The position numbers were made by a program, and so were the translations under genes. From contig JAYRGZ010000014.1 in NCBI GenBank assembly GCA_041907605.1, positions 5,116-69,115 on the forward strand: DNA of 64,000 bases. The letters run 5' to 3'. Source of the DNA: Minisyncoccota bacterium. GTDB lineage: Bacteria; Patescibacteriota; Minisyncoccia; Phycocordibacterales; UBA9973. The notes under the pieces were generated by a model. That model did not search any database and was not told where the DNA came from. It saw nothing but the letters and a program-made list of their open reading frames with translations. Within the stretch, counting starts at the first letter, position 1, and each line of letters begins with the position of its first letter. Shown here one piece after another: positions 1 through 8,386 of this stretch.

Positions 1-150
1 GGACTTGCAAGAGCGATTGTAGAGGTGGATGAAGTATTCAAAACAGTAGTAAAGAAAGAAGGATTCCTAAAACGTGATCCTAGATCAAAAGAAAGACGCA
101 AATTCGGTCTCAAGAAAGCTCGTAAAGCTCCACAGTGGAGCAAACGTTAG
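1..150 (+). CDS. Partial CDS (3' end only) with a strongly basic C-terminal tail. It weakly resembles the ribosomal protein bS21 tail; product unresolved.
   Basis: Frame-1 translation runs from the window edge to TAG at 148-150: ...[37 protein letters not shown]. The K/R-rich tail is typical of small ribosomal proteins; no specific motif was identified. Confidence 0.3.
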   Translation, partial: GLARAIVEVDEVFKTVVKKEGFLKRDPRSKERRKFGLKKARKAPQWSKR

Positions 151-242
151 TTTGCGACATCCTGAGAGAAGTCGAATGGATGGTCTAAGCGTTAAATTTA
201 TAAAATACAAAATATCCCAGCAATGGGATATTTTGTTATACT

Positions 243-1337
243 TTGCATATACATATGAACATAGAAAGCAAACCACAATTTAGACCAAAGCCTGAAAGAG
301 AATTGGAAAATCAATTCAAGGACGCATATAAATTGAACCCGAAGATTTTACCTAAAAAAGTAGAACGTATTTTGTTTTCTACGCCAGAGAGTGAATTAAA
401 AGAGTCCTATCCAAATGAATATGCGCAATACATTGATTCTCTCCGAGAAGTTTCAAAGGGTAATCATGAAATAAAAAGAAATATTCACTATACACAACAT
501 GAATTAGGAGAATTACATAGAGGTATTATTGGAGATAAGATTAATGATGATTTAAAGAAAAAAATTGAATTAGACCCATACATTAGGAACTATAGTGCGG
601 TGGTACTTTTTCCAGAAATCTATGAGAGAGTTTATGAAAAAAAGGAAAAACCTGACATAACTCAACTATCTGCCGCAACTAGAGACAGGGTATTGAAAGT
701 GGCCTTCAGTGATAAATCTTATGTTGTTAAGAGCGCAGAAAATGGTAATGAAATTCAAATAGCAAATAAAATGGCAGAACTTGGTGTAGGACCGAAACAA
801 TATCATTCTCTTATTGGATATTTAACCGAGGAGTATATAGAGGGTAGAACAATATCAAAATTAGATCCTAAAATTGCTACAAAAGAATACATGCATGAAT
901 TAGGAATAAAAATCGGGAAAGCACTTAAGAAGATTCATGACCTAGGTATTGTAGTGAATGATCAATTGTTAGTAGATGATTTCGGTAAATCACATACAAT
1001 AATTTTAGACTCTAGTGAAATCAAGTTTATAGACTTTGGTGCATCAGTTAATGTAAGTAAATTCCCAAATATCACAGACGACGATGTATTTAATCTTATG
1101 CGCACTGACCCGATGATGATGTTTCAGCTAAATCATTCGGGAGTATTATCAATAGATAAAGTCAAACCAGATATAGAAAAATACCGCAGATTTTTGATGC
1201 TTAAATATAAAACCTCGAAACAACTTATTGAAGCAGTAGATTATCAATTGATCGGTGAGGGTACAAAATTTCTCGGTAATAATTTAGAAAACACCTATGA
1301 GCTGTATCATGCGATAATACAAGAATCAGGAATCTAG
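243..1337 (+). CDS. Protein-kinase-like superfamily protein (atypical RIO/Bud32/APH-type fold).
   Basis: 364-aa ORF. It has a catalytic-loop-like IHDLGIVVND (HxDxxxxN), a DFG-like IDFGAS and a hinge-like EEYIEG. No close family was recognised. Confidence 0.5.
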   Translation: MHIHMNIESKPQFRPKPERELENQFKDAYKLNPKILPKKVERILFSTPESELKESYPNEYAQYIDSLREVSKGNHEIKRNIHYTQHELGELHRGIIGDKINDDLKKKIELDPYIRNYSAVVLFPEIYERVYEKKEKPDITQLSAATRDRVLKVAFSDKSYVVKSAENGNEIQIANKMAELGVGPKQYHSLIGYLTEEYIEGRTISKLDPKIATKEYMHELGIKIGKALKKIHDLGIVVNDQLLVDDFGKSHTIILDSSEIKFIDFGASVNVSKFPNITDDDVFNLMRTDPMMMFQLNHSGVLSIDKVKPDIEKYRRFLMLKYKTSKQLIEAVDYQLIGEGTKFLGNNLENTYELYHAIIQESGI

Positions 1338-1339
1338 GG

Positions 1340-1367
1340 TTGTGTGTTTGTAAACTATCAGTATAAT
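1340..1367 (+). promoter_or_regulatory. Putative sigma70-type promoter for grpE: TTGTGT-16-TATAAT, ending 9 nt before the ATG (leaderless layout).
   Basis: Perfect -10 TATAAT at ~1362-1367 and a -35-like TTGTGT at ~1340-1345 with a 16-nt spacer. grpE ATG is at 1376. Confidence 0.4.
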
Positions 1368-1375
1368 AACCCCGT

Positions 1376-1957
1376 ATGAGTGATGAAACAGAAAACAAAG
1401 AAAATATTGATGAGGTACCTGTAGACGACGTTATATTTGAGAATACAGAGGAAGGGGAAGGTGAAATATTTTCAAAGGATAAAATCAAAAAATTAAGAGA
1501 AGAACTAAAGGAAGCGAAGGCCAAAGAAATGGAGTATTTAACTTCATGGCAGAGAGAGCGAGCGGATTTCACAAACTATAAAAAAGATGAGATGGAAAGA
1601 ACCGCTAGACTCATAACACTAACCCGTGAGAAATTTACAGAAGAATTAATCCCAGTATTAGATGCATATGATATGGCTTTCCAGAACAAAGAAGCCTGGG
1701 AGAAGGTAGATAAAGGATGGAGGACAGGAGTGGAATACATACATGCACAACTTATAAAAGTTCTCGCTGAAAATTATGTAATTGAAATCAATGCCAAAGA
1801 GGGTGATAAACTTGATCCAAATATTCATGAACCTGTTGATACTATACCAACAGAAGATGAATCGAAGGATCACACAATAGCTCAAATAATTCAAAAGGGA
1901 TACAAATCTGGAGATAAGATTATTCGTCCGGCAAGAGTAAAAATATTTAAAAACTAA
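1376..1957 (+). CDS. grpE: Nucleotide exchange factor GrpE.
   Basis: Charged coiled-coil N-terminus, then the GrpE core (..WQRERADFTNYKKDEMERTARLI..LIPVLDAYDMAF..) and the C-terminal beta-domain (..KGYKSGDKIIRPARVKIFK). Confidence 0.9.
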   Translation: MSDETENKENIDEVPVDDVIFENTEEGEGEIFSKDKIKKLREELKEAKAKEMEYLTSWQRERADFTNYKKDEMERTARLITLTREKFTEELIPVLDAYDMAFQNKEAWEKVDKGWRTGVEYIHAQLIKVLAENYVIEINAKEGDKLDPNIHEPVDTIPTEDESKDHTIAQIIQKGYKSGDKIIRPARVKIFKN

Positions 1958-1959
1958 AT

Positions 1960-2952
1960 ATGCTTGAATCACCATTTAGGAAAAAAACTCCAGAGGAAAA
2001 TAAGTCATCAGAAGAGGTAAAATTTCTCAATGAAAAATTAGATTATTCGGCGATAAACCTAAATGAATATGCTGCAGGTTTGGCCGCAGAAGAAATTATA
2101 AAGGATTCATACGAAATAATAAATCCTAAAGAGATTGTTTATGGTGGTAGCTACGAGGAGAAAAACCAGTCTGGCAAAGAGAAAATCAATCAGTATATAT
2201 ATCGGACAGAAATATCAGGACAAAATTATGAATTTGTACTTAGGGAAATTTATGCTGAAACTGAAGAAGATAATGGGAAAATCAAAAAGGAAATTAATAA
2301 GGCACGTATAGACTTTAACGTGCAAGGGCTAGATCTATTAACTAATATTGGTTATGCAGAAATTAATAAGAGTGAAGGTTTAATTCGTGATTTTATAAGG
2401 TTTTTGTATTCAAAAAACGAATTTAAATATCTAGAGGTTACAGCATCTAAGTCAGATATTTTTGCTGGAAGTGAAGAGGACATAAAAAAATCAATAATTA
2501 AAAAGATTGATGAAATCAAAGATATACCATCGGGAGAATTTGACCTGTCACCAAATTTAAGAAGGTATAGGAAAATTTCTGTTAATGGTGATGAAATAGA
2601 ACTTTTTTATTCAACTAAAAGAAACATACTGGGACAGCAAACCAAAATCAGAAAATTTAACAAAAAAGAATTCATTGATTTTTTGAAGTCGGATAATATT
2701 TTATCAGATGCAGATTTAAGAAGTGATGTTGTTAGATATATTATTGATAATAATAATGAGAACAATAAAAAGCAGATACAGAGACTCGCATTATATGAAA
2801 GAAAATTAAAGCAAATGGGCTTTAGAATAGAAAAAAACGGAGAACAAATTTTAGCATATACTACTGATGAGGCTTTGAATAAGTTGTATGATTTCTCAAA
2901 AGTTCCTGAAAAAGCGCAAGATATTTTAAATGAACTTTTTAAAAAAATGTAG
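1960..2952 (+). CDS. Hypothetical protein (highly charged, no TM segment), placed between grpE and dnaK.
   Basis: 330-aa ORF starting 3 nt after the grpE stop. No recognisable motif. Confidence 0.55.
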   Translation: MLESPFRKKTPEENKSSEEVKFLNEKLDYSAINLNEYAAGLAAEEIIKDSYEIINPKEIVYGGSYEEKNQSGKEKINQYIYRTEISGQNYEFVLREIYAETEEDNGKIKKEINKARIDFNVQGLDLLTNIGYAEINKSEGLIRDFIRFLYSKNEFKYLEVTASKSDIFAGSEEDIKKSIIKKIDEIKDIPSGEFDLSPNLRRYRKISVNGDEIELFYSTKRNILGQQTKIRKFNKKEFIDFLKSDNILSDADLRSDVVRYIIDNNNENNKKQIQRLALYERKLKQMGFRIEKNGEQILAYTTDEALNKLYDFSKVPEKAQDILNELFKKM

Positions 2953-2979
2953 ATTTAGTTTAAGCGAGAACGGTTCCTG

Positions 2980-3513
2980 CTAAATACCATCGTAGATTTT
3001 GCGAAGTTCCACCAGTGTTGATTCGTCAATAGAACTGCTCACTATAATCATCATCTCAGTTGTGAGATTGAGATCTTTTTTGATATTTGTGAAAAGGTGT
3101 TCAAATGGATATGGTGAAATCCATGCAGAGTTCTTGAGACACACAAAACCTGCTTTTTTGAGAAGATATCTAAGTGATTCACGCTCAGCCTTACGTGCCT
3201 CAGGAAGATCCAGAAGTATGATACGCCATTTACCATCCCATGAAGGGGAAACCAGTGCAGTATCACTCTCAAGCCTTACACTATGAGCCTTCTTCTTGCC
3301 CTCACGTGTGAGCTTGGCATAGTCGTTTTGACCAGAAGATATAGATTCTATTAGCCCAGCGTCTTTGAGGCCTCTAATAGAGCGATTTACTGCGTATAAA
3401 CTAGGTTTATCAGTATATTTGGTACCTATCTTTTCGGGAATTTCAGATATAGAAATAGCCGGCCTTTCAGACAGCATTTTTAGTATTTTCCTTGAAAAAT
3501 CTTGCTTTGCCAT
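2980..3513 (-). CDS. PaaX-family-like transcriptional regulator (winged-helix N-terminus plus PaaX_C/Cas2-like C-terminus).
   Basis: C-terminal WDGKWRIILLDLPEARKAERESLRYLLKKAGFVCLKNSAWISPYP matches the PaaX C-terminal pattern (W.G.W...R..R..L...GF..L..S.W..P). The N-terminus is a small wHTH-like region. Confidence 0.55.
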   Translation of the reverse strand: MAKQDFSRKILKMLSERPAISISEIPEKIGTKYTDKPSLYAVNRSIRGLKDAGLIESISSGQNDYAKLTREGKKKAHSVRLESDTALVSPSWDGKWRIILLDLPEARKAERESLRYLLKKAGFVCLKNSAWISPYPFEHLFTNIKKDLNLTTEMMIIVSSSIDESTLVELRKIYDGI

Positions 3514-3518
3514 AATAT

Positions 3519-3546
3519 TTGACAGTTTAACATAGATAAATATAAT
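3519..3546 (+). promoter_or_regulatory. Consensus sigma70 promoter P1 upstream of dnaK (TTGACA-16-TATAAT).
   Basis: TTGACA at ~3519-3524, 16-nt spacer, TATAAT at ~3541-3546; ~118 nt upstream of the dnaK ATG. Confidence 0.55.
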
Positions 3547-3576
3547 ATCAACATACTTTCCGTGGTCACGAAATAC

Positions 3577-3604
3577 TTGTCAAAAAACTGTGGATAAGTA
3601 TAAT
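3577..3604 (+). promoter_or_regulatory. Second near-consensus promoter P2 upstream of dnaK (TTGTCA-16-TATAAT), overlapped by an ATACTT-N19-AAGTAT inverted repeat.
   Basis: TTGTCA at ~3577-3582, 16-nt spacer, TATAAT at ~3599-3604. The inverted repeat aATACTTgtcaaaaaactgtggatAAGTATaat spans the promoter and may be an operator. Confidence 0.45.
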
Positions 3605-3664
3605 AGAAACATAAATTAAATTATTAGTTAATTTCTGTAAAAGTGCAGATTAAATTATAAAACT

Positions 3665-5554
3665 ATGTCAAAAATAATAGGTATAGATTTGGGTACAACA
3701 AATAGTGCTGTAGCAATTATTGAAGGAGGCGCTCCGAAAATAATTGAAAACAGTGAAGGTATGCGTACAACTCCATCAGTTGTCGCAGAATCAAAGACGA
3801 AGGAACGTCTTGTTGGAATAGTTGCGAAACGTCAGTCAGTTACAAATCCTACAAACACAATTTTTCAAATAAAGAGATTTATCGGTCACAACTTTGATGA
3901 ATCAGATATTCAGAAAGATATCAAAATGATTCCATTTCAAACTCGTAAGTCTGAAAACGGTGGCATTGAAGTGAAAATGGGAGATACATGGAACAGACCT
4001 GAAGAAATTTCTGCGATGATCCTTCAGAAATTGAAAGCTGATGCCGAGGCACGAATTGGAGAGAAAATTACAGAAGCCGTGATCACAGTACCGGCATATT
4101 TCAACGATGCTCAGAGACAAGCTACCAAGGATGCAGGTAAGATCGCTGGACTAGATGTGAAGCGTATCATCAACGAACCTACAGCAGCAGCCTTAGCATA
4201 TGGATTCAATAAAAATAAAAATGAGAAGATTGCCGTATTTGACTTCGGAGGTGGTACTTTTGATATCTCAGTGCTGGAAGTTGGTGATGATGTCATAGAA
4301 GTTAAATCAACAGACGGTGATAGTCACCTAGGAGGTAAAGATATTGATCAGAAGATTATAAATTGGCTAGCAGATGGATTCCAAAAGGAAAATGGAATTG
4401 ATCTTAGAAAAGATCCTCTAGCTCGCCAGAGATTAGATGATGCAGCAGAGAAAGTAAAAATTGAACTATCAACAGCGATAGAAAGCGAGATAAATATTCC
4501 GTTTATTACTTCAGGTGAATCAGGACCACTTCACCTAGTGAGAACAATGAAGCGTGCAGAACTCGAAGATCTAACTCGTGAATTTATTGATCGAGCGATG
4601 ATGATCACAAAACGTGCAATTGAGGCTTCACCGTTTAAGGTTAGTGATATTAATGAAGTGATACTTGTGGGAGGACAGACTCGTATGCCAGCTCTACAGA
4701 GCGCTGTGAAGGCATTCTTTGGTCGTGATCCACACATGGGAGTAAATCCTGATGAAGTTGTAGCACTCGGTGCTGCTGTTCAGGGTGGAGTGCTCAAGGG
4801 TGAGGTTCGCGATGTCCTACTTCTCGATGTTATTCCACTATCTCTTGGAATTGAAACTCTAGGTGGAGTATCTACAAAATTGATTGAGAAAAATACTACA
4901 ATCCCTACTTCTAAATCACAAACATTCTCAACAGCAGCGGATAATCAAACAAGTGTAGAAATTCACATATCTCAAGGTGAACGTCCAATGGCATCTGATA
5001 ACAAATCACTAGGAAGATTCATACTAGATGGTATTCCACCAGCTCCACGAGGTATGCCACAAATAGAAGTGACATTTGATGTAGATGCAAACGGAATACT
5101 CAATGTTAAGGCGAAGGACAAAGCATCAGGCAAAGAGCAATCAATAAGAATTGAAGCAAGTTCAGGACTTACAGATGAAGAAATAAAGAAGATGCAACAA
5201 GATGCAGAACTTCATGCTGATGAAGATATGAAGAAGAAAGAAAAAGCTGAAGTCAAAAACACTGCTGAGATGCTAATGTTCACAGCAGAGAAAGAACTTA
5301 AAGAATATGAAGCTAAAATTGGAGAGGATGTGAAGAAGAGTATTCAGGCGAAAATTGATGCATTAAAAGCTGTGAAAGACGCTGATGATTTGGAAGCTAT
5401 AAAGAAAGCTACAACCGAATTATCTAGCGAAATTTCTAAAATTGGTGAAGCTCTAAATAAGCAAGGTGAGACGCCAAAGGAGACAGCGACAGAAGCACAA
5501 GAGCCAGAAATAAAGGACGCGGAGACAGGAGATAAACCTGAAGGACAAAAATAA
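3665..5554 (+). CDS. dnaK: Molecular chaperone DnaK (Hsp70).
   Basis: [18 protein letters not shown].. and [20 protein letters not shown].. with DFGGGTFD; full-length Hsp70 signatures and a C-terminal charged tail. Confidence 0.97.
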   Translation: MSKIIGIDLGTTNSAVAIIEGGAPKIIENSEGMRTTPSVVAESKTKERLVGIVAKRQSVTNPTNTIFQIKRFIGHNFDESDIQKDIKMIPFQTRKSENGGIEVKMGDTWNRPEEISAMILQKLKADAEARIGEKITEAVITVPAYFNDAQRQATKDAGKIAGLDVKRIINEPTAAALAYGFNKNKNEKIAVFDFGGGTFDISVLEVGDDVIEVKSTDGDSHLGGKDIDQKIINWLADGFQKENGIDLRKDPLARQRLDDAAEKVKIELSTAIESEINIPFITSGESGPLHLVRTMKRAELEDLTREFIDRAMMITKRAIEASPFKVSDINEVILVGGQTRMPALQSAVKAFFGRDPHMGVNPDEVVALGAAVQGGVLKGEVRDVLLLDVIPLSLGIETLGGVSTKLIEKNTTIPTSKSQTFSTAADNQTSVEIHISQGERPMASDNKSLGRFILDGIPPAPRGMPQIEVTFDVDANGILNVKAKDKASGKEQSIRIEASSGLTDEEIKKMQQDAELHADEDMKKKEKAEVKNTAEMLMFTAEKELKEYEAKIGEDVKKSIQAKIDALKAVKDADDLEAIKKATTELSSEISKIGEALNKQGETPKETATEAQEPEIKDAETGDKPEGQK

Positions 5555-5565
5555 TTTAGCTTAAA

Positions 5566-5608
5566 CAAAAAATCACTCAATCCGCCGGCTGGCGGAAGTG
5601 ATTTTTTG
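5566..5608 (+). terminator. Rho-independent terminator after dnaK.
   Basis: AAAAAATCACTcaatCCGCCggctGGCGGaagTGATTTTTTG: GC-rich stem plus T-run. Confidence 0.75.
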
Positions 5609-5676
5609 TTGTATTTACAAATAAATATGAAAGGATTAAAACTATATTAAATCAGTTAACCTCAAATCCCACCGTT

Positions 5677-6213
5677 ATGGCTACATTTGATATTACAAAA
5701 AAAGGTTTATTACTTGAGCTTGATAAAGTAATTAATACCGGTCAACGAGGTATGATAAATACTGAGATGATTTTTGTGTTAAACAAATCATGTTTTCCGA
5801 ATTCCTGGCAAGATTTTGCAGCTCTTTCAAAAAACTGGGCGAAAATTATTGACCGAATAGTTAAATACTCCCCGAAGCCACATTTGGAATTTATTGTTGC
5901 TATTGATATTCCACTTTTTATTTTGAACGATAAACCCTTGTCGTTCAATTGGAAAAAGTATGAGGATCCGGAAATTATGCTAAATTGTGGAATCCTCAAT
6001 ACATGGCTTTGTGGGTATACCACAAATGATGCGAACAAAATAACTCAATCCATTGATTTGGTTTTGCCAAGCAAATTTTACAATCAAAATGATGATTTTT
6101 GTTTGCAGTTAAAAGAATATAAACAGATCGATCCCAAGGGACCACTTAGTTCCTCTGTCCAATACTTTATACCACTTGGCCAAGTTATTGAACTCAAATT
6201 TTCTATGGGATGA
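5677..6213 (+). CDS. Hypothetical protein (orphan).
   Basis: 178-aa ORF. It is followed by an 8-bp inverted repeat ATAGCGCT-N11-AGCGCTAT and a T-rich tract (~6226-6260) that could act as a terminator. Confidence 0.45.
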   Translation: MATFDITKKGLLLELDKVINTGQRGMINTEMIFVLNKSCFPNSWQDFAALSKNWAKIIDRIVKYSPKPHLEFIVAIDIPLFILNDKPLSFNWKKYEDPEIMLNCGILNTWLCGYTTNDANKITQSIDLVLPSKFYNQNDDFCLQLKEYKQIDPKGPLSSSVQYFIPLGQVIELKFSMG

Positions 6214-6281
6214 TAATAAAATCTCTAGCTCATATAGCGCTGCCAAATTGGTAGCGCTATTTGTTTGGTATAATTATTTTT

Positions 6282-6785
6282 ATGAAGAAAAAGATCGTCG
6301 TAGTGAACGACAAGATGCAGAAAAAATATAGGTATGAACTCACAGAACCAGTGGGGAAGAATTTTCACAAGGATTTCAAACCTGATCTCACACCTAAACA
6401 AATGCTAGAAATGGGAGTATTCGGTGGAGTATATATGCGAGATTGTACAAAGGAATTTCCGAAAACTTGGTTTACAAGAGCCAAATTCTCTAAAACTACC
6501 CACGATAAAAATTTAAACTATTTTAAAGTCGATGCTTCACTTTCTCTACCAGAGTGGAGGAAAAATGGGTGGATATACAAAGACGATCCAAGAGGCTGGT
6601 TTCAATGGTATTGCCGGTACTATATGGGACGTAGAATTCCAAAAGAGGATGAGAGACAAATAAAACGCTGGATGAAAATGCGCCGTCATGTTGGTCAAAT
6701 TCGTGCAAATTGTAGAGTGGGTGATATGACGTGTCGTCCAAGACAACGTCAAGCACTACTCCACTGGGCATACTTTATAGGATAA
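6282..6785 (+). CDS. Hypothetical Trp/Cys/Arg-rich protein (orphan), with its own extended -10 promoter.
   Basis: ORF track starts at TTG 6261. ATGs at 6282 (MKKKIVVV..) or 6315 (MQKKYRY..) are likelier, because TGGTATAAT at ~6266-6274 would give a leaderless transcript at ~6281. Notable motifs are EWRKNGWIYKDDPRGWFQWYCRYYMGRR and CRVGDMTCRPRQRQ. No family recognised. Confidence 0.45.
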   Translation: MKKKIVVVNDKMQKKYRYELTEPVGKNFHKDFKPDLTPKQMLEMGVFGGVYMRDCTKEFPKTWFTRAKFSKTTHDKNLNYFKVDASLSLPEWRKNGWIYKDDPRGWFQWYCRYYMGRRIPKEDERQIKRWMKMRRHVGQIRANCRVGDMTCRPRQRQALLHWAYFIG

Positions 6786-6843
6786 GAAATACTTTGCGAA
6801 AACAGGGTTTGTTTTGTTATATACGTGAAGTATAATTTGGCAT

Positions 6844-7242
6844 ATGAAATATTTTTATATTTGTGCGCTCACTCTACCTTGGCTTATTCTAGGTGATCTA
6901 ATTTGGCTAGGAGTAATTATGCGTTCTACATACGCAAGGGTATTTGGTCAATTATTTAGAGAACATATTTTAATTTGGCCTGCACTAGTTTTCTATCTTT
7001 TATTTAGTATTGGTCTTGTTGTTTTTGCAATTATTCCAGCGCTCAAAGCAGAAAGCATACAGACTGCAATATATTTAGGATCTTTACTTGGTTTTATTGC
7101 ATATATGACCTACGACATGACAAACGCCGCTACTCTCAAATCTTGGCCAATTGGATGGTTAATGTTCCTAGATATTTTGTGGGGAACATTCATCGCGGGT
7201 CTATCTAGTGCCATAGGATATCTACTATCGCGTAGTTTGTAA
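6844..7242 (+). CDS. Small integral membrane protein (DUF2177-like).
   Basis: 132 aa with 4 predicted TM helices (LPWLILGDLIWLGVIM.., ..FAIIPALKAES..). Confidence 0.45.
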   Translation: MKYFYICALTLPWLILGDLIWLGVIMRSTYARVFGQLFREHILIWPALVFYLLFSIGLVVFAIIPALKAESIQTAIYLGSLLGFIAYMTYDMTNAATLKSWPIGWLMFLDILWGTFIAGLSSAIGYLLSRSL

Positions 7243-7288
7243 AAAAGGTGTATACTCGCTCTACAGTTATTAGTAATTATATAAATAT

Positions 7289-7648
7289 ATGGATATAGTA
7301 TTTTTTATAGGAAAGGTATTGTTCGGTGGATATTTTGTTTACAACGGTGTTAGTCATCTGACAAATCTCAAGGCCTCTACTGGTTACGCAATTTCCAAGG
7401 GTGTACCTATGGCGAAGTTTGGAGTAATTATCTCTGGTCTTATGATAATTTTAGGTGGTGGAAGTGTCTTGGCTAATTTTCACATGAAGCTTGGTTTGAT
7501 TCTTATCGGAGTATTTCTAGTAGTGATCACTTTCATGATGCATCAATTCTGGAAGGAGAAAGATCTTATGGGTAAGATGACTGAGAAAATTCAGTTCACA
7601 AAAAACCTCGCACTTCTAGGTGCGACACTTATGTTTTTGGGAATGTAA
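7289..7648 (+). CDS. DoxX-family membrane protein.
   Basis: 119 aa, 4 TM helices (..FGGYFVYNGVSHL.., ..ISGLMIILGGGSVL..), matching DoxX topology and length. Confidence 0.6.
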   Translation: MDIVFFIGKVLFGGYFVYNGVSHLTNLKASTGYAISKGVPMAKFGVIISGLMIILGGGSVLANFHMKLGLILIGVFLVVITFMMHQFWKEKDLMGKMTEKIQFTKNLALLGATLMFLGM

Positions 7649-7712
7649 AATTAGTCCTAATTCAAAAAAGCTCACAGAAATGTGGGTTTTTTTGTTTATA
7701 CACAGGTTTTGT

Positions 7713-7740
7713 TTGCTAGTGAACGAGCGTTCACTTATAA
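7713..7740 (+). promoter_or_regulatory. lexA promoter (TTGCTA-16-TATAAT) with an embedded LexA operator.
   Basis: -35-like TTGCTA at ~7713-7718 and -10 TATAAT at ~7735-7740; the SOS box lies between them. Confidence 0.5.
7718..7735 (+). promoter_or_regulatory. LexA operator (Cheo-type SOS box, GAAC-N4-GTTC).
   Basis: agtGAACgagcGTTCact, a perfect palindrome matching the Gram-positive-type consensus CGAACRNRYGTTYC, 13 nt upstream of the lexA ATG. Confidence 0.75.
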
Positions 7741-7747
7741 TATAGAG

Positions 7748-8314
7748 ATGGATAATCTTGATACAACCAAACTTGTCTCTTTCTACGAAAAAGCTCTGCG
7801 TATGCCGACTTATACAGAGATTGCCAAAATCTATGGATACAAATCCAAGAACGCTGCGTATAAATTAATTCAGAAATTTATTGAATCTGGTCTAGTAGAT
7901 AAAGATCGCTCCGGCAAGCTCGTTCCTGGTAATATGTTCTCCGGCGTTCGAGTATTAGGACTAGTGGAAGCTGGTTTTCCGACTCCGGCAGAAGAGGATT
8001 TACTTGATACTGTGACTCTAGATCAATACTTAGTTCGCAATCGTGAAGCTACTTTTATGTTAGAGGTGAAAGGTGATTCCATGTATGACGCAGGAATACG
8101 TGAAGGTGATATGGTCCTCGTAGAGAGAACGAAGGAGGCCAAAGAGGGATCTATCGTTATTGCTGAAATTGATGGTGCTTGGACTATGAAATATCTCAAA
8201 AAACAAGGAAGCTATTTCTACCTTGAACCAGCAAACAAAAAATACAAACCAATTTACCCAAAAGAAGAACTCAAAATCGCAGCAATAGTAAAAGCCGTAA
8301 TTCGCAAGTATTAA
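7748..8314 (+). CDS. lexA: LexA repressor (wHTH plus S24 peptidase domain).
   Basis: The ORF track begins at GTG 7682 and reads through the operator. ATG 7748 (MDNLDTTKLVSFYEKALRMPTYTEIAKIYGYKS..) is the likely start. The C-terminal S24 domain reads ..FMLEVKGDSMYDAGIREGDMVLVERT..GAWTMKYL... Confidence 0.9.
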   Translation: MDNLDTTKLVSFYEKALRMPTYTEIAKIYGYKSKNAAYKLIQKFIESGLVDKDRSGKLVPGNMFSGVRVLGLVEAGFPTPAEEDLLDTVTLDQYLVRNREATFMLEVKGDSMYDAGIREGDMVLVERTKEAKEGSIVIAEIDGAWTMKYLKKQGSYFYLEPANKKYKPIYPKEELKIAAIVKAVIRKY

Positions 8315-8386
8315 TTTGTCTAAATTTTACTCAAATTTATTTTTAACTATGAATATTTATTTATTAAAAAATTTTGACAGATAAAT

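Noticed and set aside
74-283. 69-aa ORF on the plus strand and its antisense partner (85-276) at the window start.
   Set aside because: Both overlap the 3' end of the upstream partial gene and its AT-rich terminator region, and have no supporting signals.
2999-3286. Two mutually overlapping ORFs (2999-3286 + and 3051-3272 -) inside the PaaX-like gene region.
   Set aside because: Both are fully contained within, and antisense to or out of frame with, the 177-aa PaaX-like CDS, which has coherent domain signatures. They are treated as spurious.
1338-3664. CIRCE/HrcA operator upstream of grpE or dnaK.
   Set aside because: I scanned both upstream regions for TTAGCACTC-N9-GAGTGCTAA-like inverted repeats and found none.
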